Assembly (NCBI GenBank): GCA_049968235.1
Contig: JBMFRC010000012.1
Span: forward strand, 32,001 to 96,000
DNA from: Candidatus Hydrogenedens sp.
GTDB lineage: Bacteria > Hydrogenedentota > Hydrogenedentia > Hydrogenedentales > Hydrogenedentaceae
Length of the DNA stretch: 64,000 bases
Reading direction: 5' to 3'
A program made the position numbers and the translations under genes. Under the pieces are notes generated by a model that made no database searches, was not told the DNA's origin, and worked only from the letters and a program-made list of their open reading frames with translations. Positions within the stretch are counted from its first letter, which is position 1, and every line of letters begins with the position of its first letter. This document shows positions 18,874 to 30,489 of the stretch, in pieces.

Positions 18874-19926
18874 ATGGATAAAAAAAATATTATTAATTGG
18901 CTTCGTGAAAAAAACGAAGATAAATTAAACGAACTATGGGAATTGGCGGATTCTATCCGCAGTAAATATGTAGGAGAAGAGGTGCATCTTCGAGGTTTGA
19001 TAGAAATATCAAACTATTGCAAAAAAAACTGTCTATACTGTGGAATACGAATTTCTAATAGAAAATTAACCCGATATAGAATGGAAGACAGCGAGATTTT
19101 GGAATGTGTGGAATTTGCCAAAAGAAATGGCTATGGAACAATAGTCCTTCAATCCGGCGAAGACCCCGATTTTACAAAAGAAAAAATCGCCGAATTAATT
19201 AGAAAAATAAAAGAAAATGCAAATGTGGCTATTACATTAAGTTTAGGAGAGCAGGAAAAACACACATTAGAATTATGGAAATCTGCCGGAGCCAATCGTT
19301 ATCTTCTTCGTTTTGAAACCTCAGATGAAATCCTATTTAAAAGAATCCATTCGTCAGAACAAGCAAAAAGTTTAGAGAATAGAATTAAACAACTAAAAAT
19401 ACTTAAACAATTAGGCTACGAAGCAGGAAGTGGGATAATGATTGGAATACCCTATCAAACTTATGAAAGCATCGCTAATGATATCCTACTTTTCAAACAA
19501 TTAGACCTTGATATGATAGGAATAGGACCATACATTCCTCATCCCGATACACCTTTAGGACAGGAATATCTTAATAAATATAAAAAAGATGATGAAAAAT
19601 TTGTCCCAAACACAGAATTAATGACATATAAAGTCCTTGCATTAACCCGAATTATATGTCCAACCGTAAACATTCCTGCCACCACTGCCCTTGCAACTGT
19701 GAATACACGAGAAGGTCGCATTTTAGCCCTGAAGAGGGGAGCCAATGTTATCATGCCGAATCTCACTCCACCAAAATATAAAAAATTGTATGAAATTTAT
19801 CCAGGTAAATCGTCTGCTGATGAACCTCCAGAAATTATTCATCAAAGTATAATGAAGATTATAGAAAAGGCAGGAAGAAAAGTAGGAACAGGGATGGGAA
19901 ATCGCAAAAAAATCATAGATATTTAA
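18874..19926 (+). CDS. hydE: [FeFe]-hydrogenase radical SAM maturase HydE
   Basis: CKKNCLYCGI CxxxCxxC; BioB-like length (350 aa); sits in the hydG-hydF-hydE cluster. Confidence 0.9.
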   Translation: MDKKNIINWLREKNEDKLNELWELADSIRSKYVGEEVHLRGLIEISNYCKKNCLYCGIRISNRKLTRYRMEDSEILECVEFAKRNGYGTIVLQSGEDPDFTKEKIAELIRKIKENANVAITLSLGEQEKHTLELWKSAGANRYLLRFETSDEILFKRIHSSEQAKSLENRIKQLKILKQLGYEAGSGIMIGIPYQTYESIANDILLFKQLDLDMIGIGPYIPHPDTPLGQEYLNKYKKDDEKFVPNTELMTYKVLALTRIICPTVNIPATTALATVNTREGRILALKRGANVIMPNLTPPKYKKLYEIYPGKSSADEPPEIIHQSIMKIIEKAGRKVGTGMGNRKKIIDI

Positions 19927-20553
19927 TATAAACATATATTGATTAATCAGCAAAAAATAATTGCTAACATTCAATAGAATATCTTTCTACGTAACACAAA
20001 CGCCCTACCTGTTTTTTTTAATGTTCAATTCTTTCCTCCATATCCTCTGTGATTCATTTATTTTCCAAATGTAAGTGTAGTGGGAGCATCCCTGCTCCCT
20101 TAAAAAAATAAACATTGATATGCAATCTATCCATTTGGTAGCAAGGATAAGTCTGTTACATACATTCACTCTTCAGGGCAGACGCATGGGTCTGCTACTA
20201 CAAATAATTCCTCACGGGCAGGAGTGCCTATGGTAATTTATAAGACATAATTTTTTTTAAGTTGTTAGGAATATCTGTGTTCTTTTTAAGATTAAATTGT
20301 CTCAAAACTTTATTCTTCATCTTTTATACATCTACATCCTCCACATAAAGAATTATGCCAAGAAATACGCAAATTGTAATATATGAATTACAGAAGAGCT
20401 TTGGACATAAAGGATAAAGAGAATTTATGGATAGATAACAAGGTAATTTATAAAAGGAAAGATATGATTAAAGTTTGTTATAATATTACCCCTTCTTGAT
20501 GAAATAAAATTGTAAAGAGTAAGATTATATTTATAAATAAGAAAGGAAATGCA

Positions 20554-21966
20554 ATGCCAAAAAACATTTATGAAAAGATATGGGATGCACATTTGGTTCA
20601 TACACCTGATGACCAGGACCCTATTATCTATATCGACAGGCACTATATCCATGAAGTAACATCACCGCAAGCATTTGAAGGACTAAGAATTACTGGTAGA
20701 AAAGTGCGTCGTCCTGATTTGACTTTTGCTACGATGGACCATAATATACCGACAACGAATCGTGATAAACCGATTGCAGACCCGATGTCTGCGTTACAGG
20801 TAGAGACATTAAAAAATAATTGCAAGGAATTTGGTATCCAGTGTTTTGATATGTATGACCCACGAAATGGGATAGTTCATGTTGTGGGTCCGGAGTTAGG
20901 ATTAACACAACCAGGGATGACGATTGTTTGTGGAGATTCTCATACTTCAACACACGGTGCTTTTGGTGCACTTGCGTTTGGTATTGGAACAAGTGAAGTG
21001 GAGCATGTCCTTGCTACGCAAACATTATTGCAAAGAAAATCTAAGACAATGGAAATTCGTATCACAGGCAAACTACCTATAGGTGTTACTGCAAAAGACC
21101 TTATTATGCATATTATCGGGAAAATAGGAACAGATGGTGGCACGGGTTATGTAATTGAATACACAGGAGAAGTTGTTAGAAACCTTTCTATGGAAGGTCG
21201 TATGACTTTGTGCAATATGACCATAGAGGCAGGTGCACGAGCAGGGCTAATTTCTCCTGATGAGACGACTGTGAAATATTTATTAGGAAGACCTTATATT
21301 CCAAAACATATCCCCGAAGAAGAACTGATAAAACTCTGGTTGTCATGGGCATCTGACTCTGGCTGTTCTTATGATAAAACAATAATTATTAATGCTAAGG
21401 ATGTAGAACCGCAAGTAACATGGGGAACATCTCCCGAAATGGTTGCTCCTATTTCAGGCAGAGTTCCTGTGTTAAATGAGATACAGGATACAAACCGCAG
21501 AAATGCGGTTAACAAAGCCCTCCAATATATGGGTCTTGAAGAAGGAACTCCTATCGAAGCCATCGAAGTCGATAAGATATTTATTGGTTCCTGTACAAAT
21601 GGAAGAATTGAAGATTTACGAGAAGTGGCAAAAGTTGTGAAGGGTTATAAAGTTAACCAAAGAATAAAGCAGGCAATAATTGTTCCAGGTTCGATGTTAG
21701 TAAAGGGACAAGCAGAACAGGAAGGATTACACAATATTTTTATAGAAGCAGGTTTTGAATGGAGAGAACCAGGTTGCTCCATGTGCCTCGCAATGAACGA
21801 TGACCGATTAAATCCGGGGGAACGTTGTGCCTCCACTTCAAATCGTAACTTTGAAGGTCGTCAAGGTAAAGGAGGACGCACACACCTTGTTAGTCCAGCC
21901 ATGGCTGGAGCCTGTGCTATTACTGGACATTTCGTTGATATTCGCAAATGGAAATTTAATGAATAA
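20554..21966 (+). CDS. leuC: 3-isopropylmalate dehydratase large subunit
   Basis: Aconitase-family motifs ([27 protein letters not shown]); followed by leuD. Confidence 0.9.
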   Translation: MPKNIYEKIWDAHLVHTPDDQDPIIYIDRHYIHEVTSPQAFEGLRITGRKVRRPDLTFATMDHNIPTTNRDKPIADPMSALQVETLKNNCKEFGIQCFDMYDPRNGIVHVVGPELGLTQPGMTIVCGDSHTSTHGAFGALAFGIGTSEVEHVLATQTLLQRKSKTMEIRITGKLPIGVTAKDLIMHIIGKIGTDGGTGYVIEYTGEVVRNLSMEGRMTLCNMTIEAGARAGLISPDETTVKYLLGRPYIPKHIPEEELIKLWLSWASDSGCSYDKTIIINAKDVEPQVTWGTSPEMVAPISGRVPVLNEIQDTNRRNAVNKALQYMGLEEGTPIEAIEVDKIFIGSCTNGRIEDLREVAKVVKGYKVNQRIKQAIIVPGSMLVKGQAEQEGLHNIFIEAGFEWREPGCSMCLAMNDDRLNPGERCASTSNRNFEGRQGKGGRTHLVSPAMAGACAITGHFVDIRKWKFNE

Positions 21967-21980
21967 AAGGAGATAGAACA

Positions 21981-22580
21981 GTGGAGAAATTTACTGTATT
22001 AAAAGGAATTGTCGCACCTTTAGATGCGAGAAATGTGGATACAGACCAGATAGTTCCGAAACAATTTTTGAAACGAATACAGAGAACAGGTTATGAAGAT
22101 GTCCTTTTTTATGATTGGCGTTATCTCAATGATGGGAAAACACTCAATCCGCAATTTGAGATGAACGCACTACGTTATAAAGGTGCTACTATTTTATTGA
22201 CACGTGACAATTTCGGTTGTGGTTCATCACGCGAGCATGCACCATGGGCATTAAAAGATTATGGTTTCCGTTGTATTCTGGCTATTTCATTTGCTGATAT
22301 TTTTTACAATAATTGTTTTAACAATGGAATTTTACCCATTACTCTTTCTCTGGAAGTTATTGAACAACTTTTTATAGAAGTTCGTTCGCAAGAAAATTAT
22401 ATGTTAGAAATAGATTTAGTAAATCAATTAATTACAAAACCGGATGGAAAACAGATTCATTTTGACATCCATTCGTTTCTTAAAGAGCGTTTATTAAATG
22501 GATGGGACCAGATAGGTCTTACATTACGATATGAACAATTAATAAGCGAATTTGAACAAAAGCATCCACTGAAATTGTGA
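21981..22580 (+). CDS. leuD: 3-isopropylmalate dehydratase small subunit
   Basis: Aconitase swivel-domain protein about 200 aa ([18 protein letters not shown]) immediately downstream of leuC. Confidence 0.9.
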   Translation: MEKFTVLKGIVAPLDARNVDTDQIVPKQFLKRIQRTGYEDVLFYDWRYLNDGKTLNPQFEMNALRYKGATILLTRDNFGCGSSREHAPWALKDYGFRCILAISFADIFYNNCFNNGILPITLSLEVIEQLFIEVRSQENYMLEIDLVNQLITKPDGKQIHFDIHSFLKERLLNGWDQIGLTLRYEQLISEFEQKHPLKL

Positions 22581-22610
22581 AAAACATGATTTAAGAAAGG
22601 AGAAAGGAAC

Positions 22611-22910
22611 ATGCCTTTATACACATATCAGGTAATTCACAAAGATGGTAGCGAAGGTGAGATTATCGAGGTGTTTCAAAAGGCAGGTGAGCCTCCTTTA
22701 CAATTTCATCCACAAACAGGCGAAAAAGTAATTCGGATATTTAAGCCTGCACATATTGCAGGTTGGGCTAATGAACGGATGGCAAAACAAATGTTAAGTG
22801 ACAAAAACCTTGCTGAAAAAGGTTTTGCAAAGTATGTTCGCTCAGGTAAAGGTTATTATGAAAAGACAACAGGAAAAGAAGGACCCCCAACAATCAATAT
22901 AAATGACTGA
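22611..22910 (+). CDS. hypothetical small protein, Cys-less FmdB-like N-terminus
   Basis: Starts MPLYTYQV like FmdB-family zinc ribbons (MPxYxY) but has no Cys residues; strong RBS GGAGAAAGGAAC. Confidence 0.4.
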   Translation: MPLYTYQVIHKDGSEGEIIEVFQKAGEPPLQFHPQTGEKVIRIFKPAHIAGWANERMAKQMLSDKNLAEKGFAKYVRSGKGYYEKTTGKEGPPTININD

Positions 22911-22989
22911 TACTGAGTTTGATTATACACATATTACTTTTATATGCTTTATTAAAATCTACATGAATACCAATTTAGGAGGATAAAGA

Positions 22990-23493
22990 ATGAAAAGTAT
23001 AAAAAGATATTTTTCAACAGTAGTAATTATAATGTTGCTTTCTACTTTACTAATGTCTTTGGGATGTGGTTCTATGCCATGGAAAAAGAAAAATGAGCAA
23101 CCTCCTCCTGTCGAATTATTAGATGAAACAAAAACGGAAAACACAAACACATTACCGGGAGAAGGTACTACTCTTGTTCCGGGACCACAACGATTTAAAG
23201 ATGTTCCATTACCGGATAAAGTAAAAGAAGATTTTGACCGCTCTTATGTCTATGAATCAAGCACATTACAGGTAGGCAGGATGGTGTATTCTATTCGTGC
23301 CGATGCCAATGATGTAGCACAATTTTATGTAAAAGAATGTCCCAAATATGGTTGGAAATTAGATAATGTAATACAAGGTGATGGAGTGCAGTTAAATTAT
23401 TCTAAAGAAGGTAAAAAATTACAGGTAAATGTTCGACCTCAGGGAATTGGAAGACCCAAACAGTTAGTTTTAATTTTAACACCGTCAGAATAA
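22990..23493 (+). CDS. hypothetical lipoprotein
   Basis: Signal peptide ending in a lipobox-like LMSLGCGS; Pro-rich linker then a globular domain; RBS GGAGGA. Confidence 0.5.
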   Translation: MKSIKRYFSTVVIIMLLSTLLMSLGCGSMPWKKKNEQPPPVELLDETKTENTNTLPGEGTTLVPGPQRFKDVPLPDKVKEDFDRSYVYESSTLQVGRMVYSIRADANDVAQFYVKECPKYGWKLDNVIQGDGVQLNYSKEGKKLQVNVRPQGIGRPKQLVLILTPSE

Positions 23494-23503
23494 AATTACT
23501 TCG

Positions 23504-24013
23504 ATGAAAATAATAAGAAATAGAAAATTAAGAGAATCATATTTTAAAGGTGTTCTATTTGTTTTTTCTTTACAATTATCTCTTTTTCTTTTCTCCTGTG
23601 GAACCATAAAAAAAATAGATATTCCTCTTATAAATAGAAATTCTTCTACGGAGCAGGAAAAAATCGCTACCATTTTAGATACAGTAGAAAAACTAATAGA
23701 GCGGAAACAGGTAAAAAAAATAATGGTTTATGTTTCTCTTGAATATCGAGATGAACAAAATCGAAAATATAATGATATTAGAGAATATCTTCAAAGTATA
23801 GTTAGAGATTACAGAGTAATTCGAATTACAAGAGCAACTCCGGATATAAAAATAGACGGGAACACTGCAACGGTTATAGATACCTTTGGAACAGTTGCAG
23901 AACCTTATGACCCGGTTCAAGGCGTTCCTGTGAATGTGCAGGGTAAAGTTATTATTTCCCTGCAAAAAGAGCCTGATGGCTGGAAAATTAAATCGTGGAG
24001 TCCACTTTTGTAA
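23504..24013 (+). CDS. hypothetical secreted/lipoprotein, NTF2/SnoaL-like fold suspected
   Basis: Hydrophobic N-terminus with FLFSCGT lipobox-like Cys; C-terminal ...ISLQKEPDGWKIKSWSP resembles NTF2-like domains. Confidence 0.4.
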   Translation: MKIIRNRKLRESYFKGVLFVFSLQLSLFLFSCGTIKKIDIPLINRNSSTEQEKIATILDTVEKLIERKQVKKIMVYVSLEYRDEQNRKYNDIREYLQSIVRDYRVIRITRATPDIKIDGNTATVIDTFGTVAEPYDPVQGVPVNVQGKVIISLQKEPDGWKIKSWSPLL

Positions 24014-24084
24014 TTTTATTCTGACCACTCTTAATTATTATAATCCATAACCTTAGAAACAATAAAAGAAGGGAATTTGTATCT

Positions 24085-24906
24085 ATGCCTATTCGCAGAC
24101 AGAAAAAAAGAAAAACGGAAGTAAAAGACATTATACCCAACATTGATGAACCCAAGAATCAACTACTTCTTTGGTGGTCACACATTAGAGAAAACTTATA
24201 TTTATATATCTTTTCAACATTGTTTATCCTTTTATGTGTTGTAATAGGGCTAATTTATGGTTCATACAATAATTGGAAAAGTAAGGACATTATGACCCGC
24301 TATGCCAGTGCTGTCCTTAAAGAAGATTTACAGGAAAAATTAGATGCTCTAAAACCTCTTGTGGATACAAATTCATCGTTAACCCCAGAAATTCTTTATG
24401 TTTACGCAGAGACTGCTTTTACATTGGGAAAAATTGATGAAGCGGAGACTATATGGAAAAAACTTTGTGATAAATACCCTCAGTCCGAATGGGTTCCCAA
24501 TGCAAAAGAAGGACTGGGCTATTTAGAAGAATTAAGAAAGAATTATGATAATGCTATAAATATTTACAGAGAAATAAAAGAAAAATGGGGTAATTCGTTT
24601 ATAGCAAAAAGACAATCTTTTAATATTGGACGGGTGTTAGAAGCAAAACAAGATTTACAAGGTGCTATAGAAGCATATAAAAAACAAGAAGAGGAATTCC
24701 CTGAATCATCAATTGGAAACAAGGCAAAATCGGCTCTTGAAAAAATAAAAAGTGAACACCCGGAACTATTTCCTGAGGAAAAGAAAGAAGAAACCCCACA
24801 AGATACAACAAAGAAAGAGTTAAAAGAAAATACTGCCAGTTTACCAGCAGATACTACTACAAAAGAACAAGAAAATACTCCACCTCCACAACAAAATCAG
24901 CAATAA
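24085..24906 (+). CDS. membrane-anchored TPR-like protein with low-complexity C-terminal tail
   Basis: N-terminal basic region plus one TM helix; TPR-like helical repeats (YAETAFTLGKIDEAETIWKKL...); C-terminus rich in K/E/T/P/Q. Confidence 0.5.
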   Translation: MPIRRQKKRKTEVKDIIPNIDEPKNQLLLWWSHIRENLYLYIFSTLFILLCVVIGLIYGSYNNWKSKDIMTRYASAVLKEDLQEKLDALKPLVDTNSSLTPEILYVYAETAFTLGKIDEAETIWKKLCDKYPQSEWVPNAKEGLGYLEELRKNYDNAINIYREIKEKWGNSFIAKRQSFNIGRVLEAKQDLQGAIEAYKKQEEEFPESSIGNKAKSALEKIKSEHPELFPEEKKEETPQDTTKKELKENTASLPADTTTKEQENTPPPQQNQQ

Positions 24907-24967
24907 AATTAATTTTTCAATATAATCTACATTAAATAAAAACATATCATCAGGGGTCTTTACGATT

Positions 24968-27769
24968 ATGAATCAAGAGAAAAAAACTATTCATGTAGTT
25001 GTCAACACACATTGGGATAGAGAATGGGTTTATCCATTTGAAGAAACGCGATTATTATTGGTTGAGTTTATGGACCAATTAATCCAAATTTTAAAAAATG
25101 ACTCGGATTTCCATTCTTTTACATTGGATTCACAAACGGTGTGTCTTGAAGATTATCTCGAATTGAGACCTGAGAAAAGAGAAGATATTGTAACCTTGGT
25201 TAAATCTGGAAAACTTATAATCGGTCCGTGGTATTCTCTGCCAGAAGAATTTATTGTTAATGGCGAATCATTAGTTCGTAATCTATTAATTGGGCATCGT
25301 GTCGCTCAATCTTTCGGAAAAGTTTCAAAAATTGGATATACTCCTTTCAGTTATGGGCAAACTTCTCAAATGCCACAAATTTATAACGGGTTTGGTATAG
25401 ATACCATTATTTTTTATCGCGGGATTAATACCCCTAAAAGCGAATTTATTTTTGAAGGAGCCGATGGTTCAAGATTATTAGGGATGCGCTTTGGGTGTTT
25501 GAGTCGTTTTAGTTATTACATTTATGTTTATAGAGTGTTGCGATACGGTTCAGACGATGTTTATGCTTTTTATAATTGGGATAGGGGGGCTGGTCCTTTC
25601 CGTCTTGCCTCATCTAACAGACCTCGGGCTCATTATTATATTACAGACCCTTCCAACAAAATGTGGAATGTAGAACCCATTCGGGAACAACTACAGAAAT
25701 TAATTAAAGATGAGTCCCAACATTTCACTACGCCTCATATATGTTGTATGGAAGGGTTTGATAGTTCAGCACCGGATGAAAAAGAGTCCGAAATTATTAA
25801 ATTATGTCAAAAACTTCTAACAGACCATGAAATTCGTCTATCAAATTTAGAAGAATTTATGAACGCAATGCGTAAATATGTAAAAAATCCCCCAGTAATT
25901 TATGGGGAAAGTAGAGACCCGGGAGCAACAGGGAAATGGACACACCTTATGGGAGATGTTATTAGTGCCCGATTCCGTGTTAAAAAGGCAAACCACCAAT
26001 CGGAGATGATTTTACAAAGGGGAGCGGAACCTTGGTGTGCCATATCAAATATATTAGGTAAAGAATATTTTAGAAGTGCATTGACAAGAGCATGGAAACT
26101 TTTACTACAAAATCATCCCCACGACACAATCACAGGTGGTGGTATAGACCAGATGGAAAAAGATGCTATATCAAGAGCAGAGCAAGTGTCTATTATAAGT
26201 GATGGACTAATGCGTCGAGCACTTCAGCATGTTTATTCCCGTATTAATTTATCTGATATATCACCTAAAGAAAGTGTTCTGGTTGTTTTTAACTCAAGTC
26301 CTTTTGAGCGACAACAAGTCATATCCACATATATTGATATACCAGATAATATGGGTTATGAATCATTCCAGATTATAAATCCAGATACTAACACACCATG
26401 TAAGTTACAAATACAACAACAATTTGAAACAGGGACACTTGTAAGAAATCTTCAGGATATTTCTATTGAATTGAGGTCAAAACGATTCTTAACTTATATA
26501 GATGTGGGAAATATACCAGCATTAGGTTATAAAACTTTCTATATTAAGCCTGCTGAAGATACGCCCGTTACGGAGGACAACAATATCTATAAATCTCCAT
26601 TTATACTTGAAAATGAATACCTTTTAGTTTCTTTTAATAATGATGGAACTTTTGACCTTCTAAACAAAGAAACAAATGATAAGTTTTATAATTTGCATTA
26701 TTTTGAGGATACCGGAGAAACAGGACATTCTTGGATACACATGGAACCTGATGAAAATGAAACGATATATTCTCATGGAAGCCCTGCTAAATTTGTTGTA
26801 GAAGTTACGGGTCCCTTATTATCTCGTGTTAGAGTTGATTATGTGTTAATGATACCATCCGGTCTTGAAAGAGATATAACCGAATTGGACAGAGAAGCAG
26901 AGAAAAATCATACGCAAAGAAAAAAAGAAAAAGTAGCATTAGAAATTTCAAGTTATTTTACTTTAAGAAAAGGTAGTCGTCAATTAGAAATTATCACAAA
27001 AGTAAAAAATAATGCTAAAAACCACCGATTAAGAGTTATATTCCCTACAGGTATAAAAAAAGCGACACATAGTTTTGCAGAAGTTGCGTATGATGTCGTT
27101 AAAAGACCTATTCATATTTCTCCGGAGAATCCCTATTACGGTAAGCCAAATCCCCAATACCCGATGCATCGTTTTGTAGATGTATCAGACGAAAGGATGG
27201 GGCTTGCAATATTAAATAACTCGGGGTTAAGAGAATATGAAGTTATGGATGAACCTATACATCCAGTTGCCATAACACTTTTCCGTGCATTTACATTCAG
27301 AAATGCACCTATTTTCGGAAGGTGGGATGTCTATCCGGAAATGGAATTATCTCAGTGTTTAGGAGAACTTGAGTTTTCTTACGCTGTTTACCCACACAAA
27401 GGAAACTGGGAAAATGGTGTTATTAAGGAAGCGGAAAAACTAAATGTAAACTTAGAACCTGTTCAGGCAGGTCCAATAAAAGGAGGTTCATTGCCTCTAT
27501 CCTATAGTTTTATAGAGATAGAAGGAAGTAATTTACAGGTTAATGCCATAAAAATAGCAGAAGATAAAGAGAAAACTTTGATTGTAAGATTCTTTAATCC
27601 TTCGGATAAAGAAGTGATAAGCACTATAAAATTCGGTTTTCCTGTGCAAAGTATATGGATGACAAATTTGAATGAAGAAGCAATCAAAAAAATCTCAGAA
27701 AAGGAACAAACAGTAGAAATAAAAATTAAAGCGAAAAAGATAATTACTTTAGCGATTGAATTTATTTAA
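24968..27769 (+). CDS. glycoside hydrolase family 38 alpha-mannosidase
   Basis: N-terminal HVVVNTHWDREW and GPWY...EF blocks of GH38; 933 aa; no signal peptide, so cytoplasmic. Confidence 0.8.
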   Translation: MNQEKKTIHVVVNTHWDREWVYPFEETRLLLVEFMDQLIQILKNDSDFHSFTLDSQTVCLEDYLELRPEKREDIVTLVKSGKLIIGPWYSLPEEFIVNGESLVRNLLIGHRVAQSFGKVSKIGYTPFSYGQTSQMPQIYNGFGIDTIIFYRGINTPKSEFIFEGADGSRLLGMRFGCLSRFSYYIYVYRVLRYGSDDVYAFYNWDRGAGPFRLASSNRPRAHYYITDPSNKMWNVEPIREQLQKLIKDESQHFTTPHICCMEGFDSSAPDEKESEIIKLCQKLLTDHEIRLSNLEEFMNAMRKYVKNPPVIYGESRDPGATGKWTHLMGDVISARFRVKKANHQSEMILQRGAEPWCAISNILGKEYFRSALTRAWKLLLQNHPHDTITGGGIDQMEKDAISRAEQVSIISDGLMRRALQHVYSRINLSDISPKESVLVVFNSSPFERQQVISTYIDIPDNMGYESFQIINPDTNTPCKLQIQQQFETGTLVRNLQDISIELRSKRFLTYIDVGNIPALGYKTFYIKPAEDTPVTEDNNIYKSPFILENEYLLVSFNNDGTFDLLNKETNDKFYNLHYFEDTGETGHSWIHMEPDENETIYSHGSPAKFVVEVTGPLLSRVRVDYVLMIPSGLERDITELDREAEKNHTQRKKEKVALEISSYFTLRKGSRQLEIITKVKNNAKNHRLRVIFPTGIKKATHSFAEVAYDVVKRPIHISPENPYYGKPNPQYPMHRFVDVSDERMGLAILNNSGLREYEVMDEPIHPVAITLFRAFTFRNAPIFGRWDVYPEMELSQCLGELEFSYAVYPHKGNWENGVIKEAEKLNVNLEPVQAGPIKGGSLPLSYSFIEIEGSNLQVNAIKIAEDKEKTLIVRFFNPSDKEVISTIKFGFPVQSIWMTNLNEEAIKKISEKEQTVEIKIKAKKIITLAIEFI

Positions 27770-27780
27770 TAAAGATATTA

Positions 27781-28881
27781 TTATCCAACTTCTACCTTTT
27801 CGGTGATATTCAAACAGTTTAATATTTCCTTTTCATTCGGTTCTACGGTAATGGGCTGTTCAGCCACAGCAACGGCATTATCTGGGTCTTTCAACCCATG
27901 TCCAGTTAATATACAAACAATTTGCAGTTTCTCGGAGGCAAAAGGTTTCTGATTATCAAAATATCCATTTTCTGCAAGTTTAATAACTCCTGCAATACTT
28001 GCAGCACTTGCAGGTTCTACAAAAACGCCCTCAGTTCGCGCTAATAATTTATAAGCATTGCGAATTTGCTGGTCGGTAACCATTCCAATAACGCCACCCG
28101 ACTCATCCCTTGCGTTTTCTGCACCTTTCCAACTTGCGGGATTCCCTATACGAATAGCCGTTGCAAATGTTTGAGGATTTTCAACAGGATGTCCGAGGAC
28201 AATGGGTGCAGAACCTGAAGCTTGAAATCCTAACATTTTAGGTAAGTTTTTTGACCTTCCTGCTTGATAATATTCTTTATATCCTTTCCAATATGCCGTT
28301 ATATTCCCTGCATTACCTACGGGCATACATTGAAAATCAGGAGCAAAACCATTAAAAGAGTCAACTATTTCAAAAGCACCTGTTTTTTGTCCTTCAATAC
28401 GGTAGGGATTTACAGAATTTACAAGTGCTATGGGGTGGTCATTACATATTTTACGTACCAATCGTAACGCATCATCAAAGTTCCCTTTTATCTGTATAAC
28501 TTTTGCTCCATGTATCATGGCTTGTGATAATTTACCCAGAGCAATTTTCCCTTCAGGTATTAGAACTGCACATTGAAGTCCTGCCCGTGCTGAATATGCT
28601 GCTGCAGAAGCAGATGTATTTCCGGTGGACGCACACATAACTACTTTGTACCCCTCCTCTCTGGCTTTTGTAACTGCAACCGTCATACCTCTATCTTTAA
28701 ATGAGCCTGTTGGGTTCATGCCTTCATATTTTAACCAGATATTTATATGAGGGTGTATCGCAGAACTTAATGCAGGAGCCTGGATTAAAGGAGTTCCACC
28801 TTCATTTAAGGTAACAATGGGTGTGTTAATTCCTACGGGTAGAAATTCACGATAGCGTTCAATGATACCGATGTTTTGCAT
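27781..28881 (-). CDS. thrC: threonine synthase
   Basis: PLP-lysine motif GSFKDRG; 366 aa; downstream of hom in the same orientation. Confidence 0.9.
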   Translation of the reverse strand: MQNIGIIERYREFLPVGINTPIVTLNEGGTPLIQAPALSSAIHPHINIWLKYEGMNPTGSFKDRGMTVAVTKAREEGYKVVMCASTGNTSASAAAYSARAGLQCAVLIPEGKIALGKLSQAMIHGAKVIQIKGNFDDALRLVRKICNDHPIALVNSVNPYRIEGQKTGAFEIVDSFNGFAPDFQCMPVGNAGNITAYWKGYKEYYQAGRSKNLPKMLGFQASGSAPIVLGHPVENPQTFATAIRIGNPASWKGAENARDESGGVIGMVTDQQIRNAYKLLARTEGVFVEPASAASIAGVIKLAENGYFDNQKPFASEKLQIVCILTGHGLKDPDNAVAVAEQPITVEPNEKEILNCLNITEKVEVG

Positions 28882-28901
28882 AAAATTACTCCATTATATA
28901 T

Positions 28902-30185
28902 TTATTGTAATACTCTTATTACATGTGTCGGTTCAACAATACAATCTAATTGGTCTATATCTGTTACAGCACTTTGAAGACTTGATTCAATCGATTCATG
29001 AGTCATAATAATCACATGAACAGGAAGTTCTTTATGGTATGATAAAGTCTCTTTTTGGTGACATGAAGAAATACTGACTTGATGTTTTCCAAGAATCGTG
29101 CATATTTGCCCTAATACACCGGGATAGTCCTTAGTTGTGAAACGGAGATAATAGCGACTCCGAAGCAATCCCATATCACGAACATTGAGATTATGATAAT
29201 AAATAAAAGGCGGAAGGGAAGGGGATTCTTTACGATAAGCAAGGTCTAACAAATTGCTAATTACCGCCGTTGCTGTAGGGAATCTTCCTGCTCCTTTGCC
29301 ATAATATAATGTGGGTCCAGCAGAATCACTTTCAACATAAACTGCGTTAAACTCATTTCGAACCGATGCTAATAAATGGTTTTGTGGAACAAGAGTGGGA
29401 TGGACACGTGCTTCAATTTCCCCATTTACTTTACGGATAATTGCAAGTAGTTTAATGACATATCCCATTTCGTTGGCATAATCAACATCATTATGGGTAA
29501 TCTTTGTAATTCCTTCTACATAAATTTTATCAAAGGGTACAGGAGTACCAAAGCATAAACTTGCAAGAATCTGGCATTTGTGTGCGGTATCAAATCCTTC
29601 TATATCCAAATCAGGTGGTGTTTCTGCATACCCATTTGCTTGTGCTTCTTTTAACACAGGTTCAAAATCCAATCCCTCGTAGGTCATTCGGCTGAGGATA
29701 TAATTACATGTCCCGTTAACGATTCCATATATAGATTCTATATGAGTAGTGGATAAAACTTCTTTTAGTGTTTTAATAATTGGAATAACACCGGCTACTG
29801 CCGCTTCATATTTCAACTCTTTTCCTGATTCCTGTGCTATTTTACATAATTCATCACCATATTTAGCCAGAAGCATCTTATTGGCGGTTACTACATGTTT
29901 TCCTGATTTTAATGCTTTGATAATAAAAGTTTTTGCAGGTTCCAATCCTCCTATAAGTTCACAAACGACATCAATATCCGGGTTGTTTATAAGTGTATCA
30001 ATATCGGAGGAGACAGTAACATTGCTTAAATCAAAAGGCTTTAACAAATTGGGTTTTATTTCAACGATATGTTTTAATTCTAATTCTACCCCTGTTTGAT
30101 TTTTTATATGTTCATAATGATTCAAAAGAAGGTGGATTACCCCACCTCCTACAGTACCTGCACCAATAACACCAATTTTCAGTTT
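28902..30185 (-). CDS. hom: homoserine dehydrogenase with C-terminal ACT domain
   Basis: NAD-binding KIGVIGAGTVGGGV; ACT domain at the C-terminus. The track ORF extends to 30203, but the Met of MKLKIGVIG at 30185 is preferred. Confidence 0.85.
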   Translation of the reverse strand, partial: KLKIGVIGAGTVGGGVIHLLLNHYEHIKNQTGVELELKHIVEIKPNLLKPFDLSNVTVSSDIDTLINNPDIDVVCELIGGLEPAKTFIIKALKSGKHVVTANKMLLAKYGDELCKIAQESGKELKYEAAVAGVIPIIKTLKEVLSTTHIESIYGIVNGTCNYILSRMTYEGLDFEPVLKEAQANGYAETPPDLDIEGFDTAHKCQILASLCFGTPVPFDKIYVEGITKITHNDVDYANEMGYVIKLLAIIRKVNGEIEARVHPTLVPQNHLLASVRNEFNAVYVESDSAGPTLYYGKGAGRFPTATAVISNLLDLAYRKESPSLPPFIYYHNLNVRDMGLLRSRYYLRFTTKDYPGVLGQICTILGKHQVSISSCHQKETLSYHKELPVHVIIMTHESIESSLQSAVTDIDQLDCIVEPTHVIRVLQ

Positions 30186-30229
30186 CATTAAACAACTCCT
30201 CATTCATAAAGCAATTATTAAAGGCAAAG

Positions 30230-30484
30230 TTATTCTTCTTTAATATTTATTATACATATAGGATTATCAGGACTAAAAAACTGCCCCTCCTCAATAAAAA
30301 CCTTTTTCAGTATTCCGGATACCGGTGCTGTGATAACATATACTGCTTTATCCGTGCATATTTCTACAAGTTCCATACCTTTTTCCACAGATTCTCCTAC
30401 TTTGAACAACCATTGGGATATTTGAACTTGTAAATCATTTTCTTCAGGTTTGGCTTCTTCTGGAATATAAACCTTATAATCCAT
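30230..30484 (-). CDS. stand-alone lipoyl-domain (biotin/lipoyl attachment) protein
   Basis: 84 aa; lipoyl-lysine context CTDKAVYVITAPVSG (ETDKA-like) in a hybrid barrel; directly downstream of lipA. Confidence 0.6.
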   Translation of the reverse strand: MDYKVYIPEEAKPEENDLQVQISQWLFKVGESVEKGMELVEICTDKAVYVITAPVSGILKKVFIEEGQFFSPDNPICIINIKEE

Positions 30485-30489
30485 GATTG

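Noticed and set aside
20021-20074. 17-codon ORF upstream of leuC as a leucine attenuator leader peptide
   Set aside because: The peptide is Phe-rich (4 Phe, 2 Leu), not Leu-rich, and no terminator/antiterminator pair with a U-tract was found.
19927-20553. tRNA, tmRNA, SRP RNA or RNase P RNA in the large intergenic gap
   Set aside because: No GTTCGA/TTCRA T-loop, CCA-proximal acceptor pairing, SRP domain-IV or RNase P P4 consensus was found by eye on either strand. It is kept only as an unclassified structured region.
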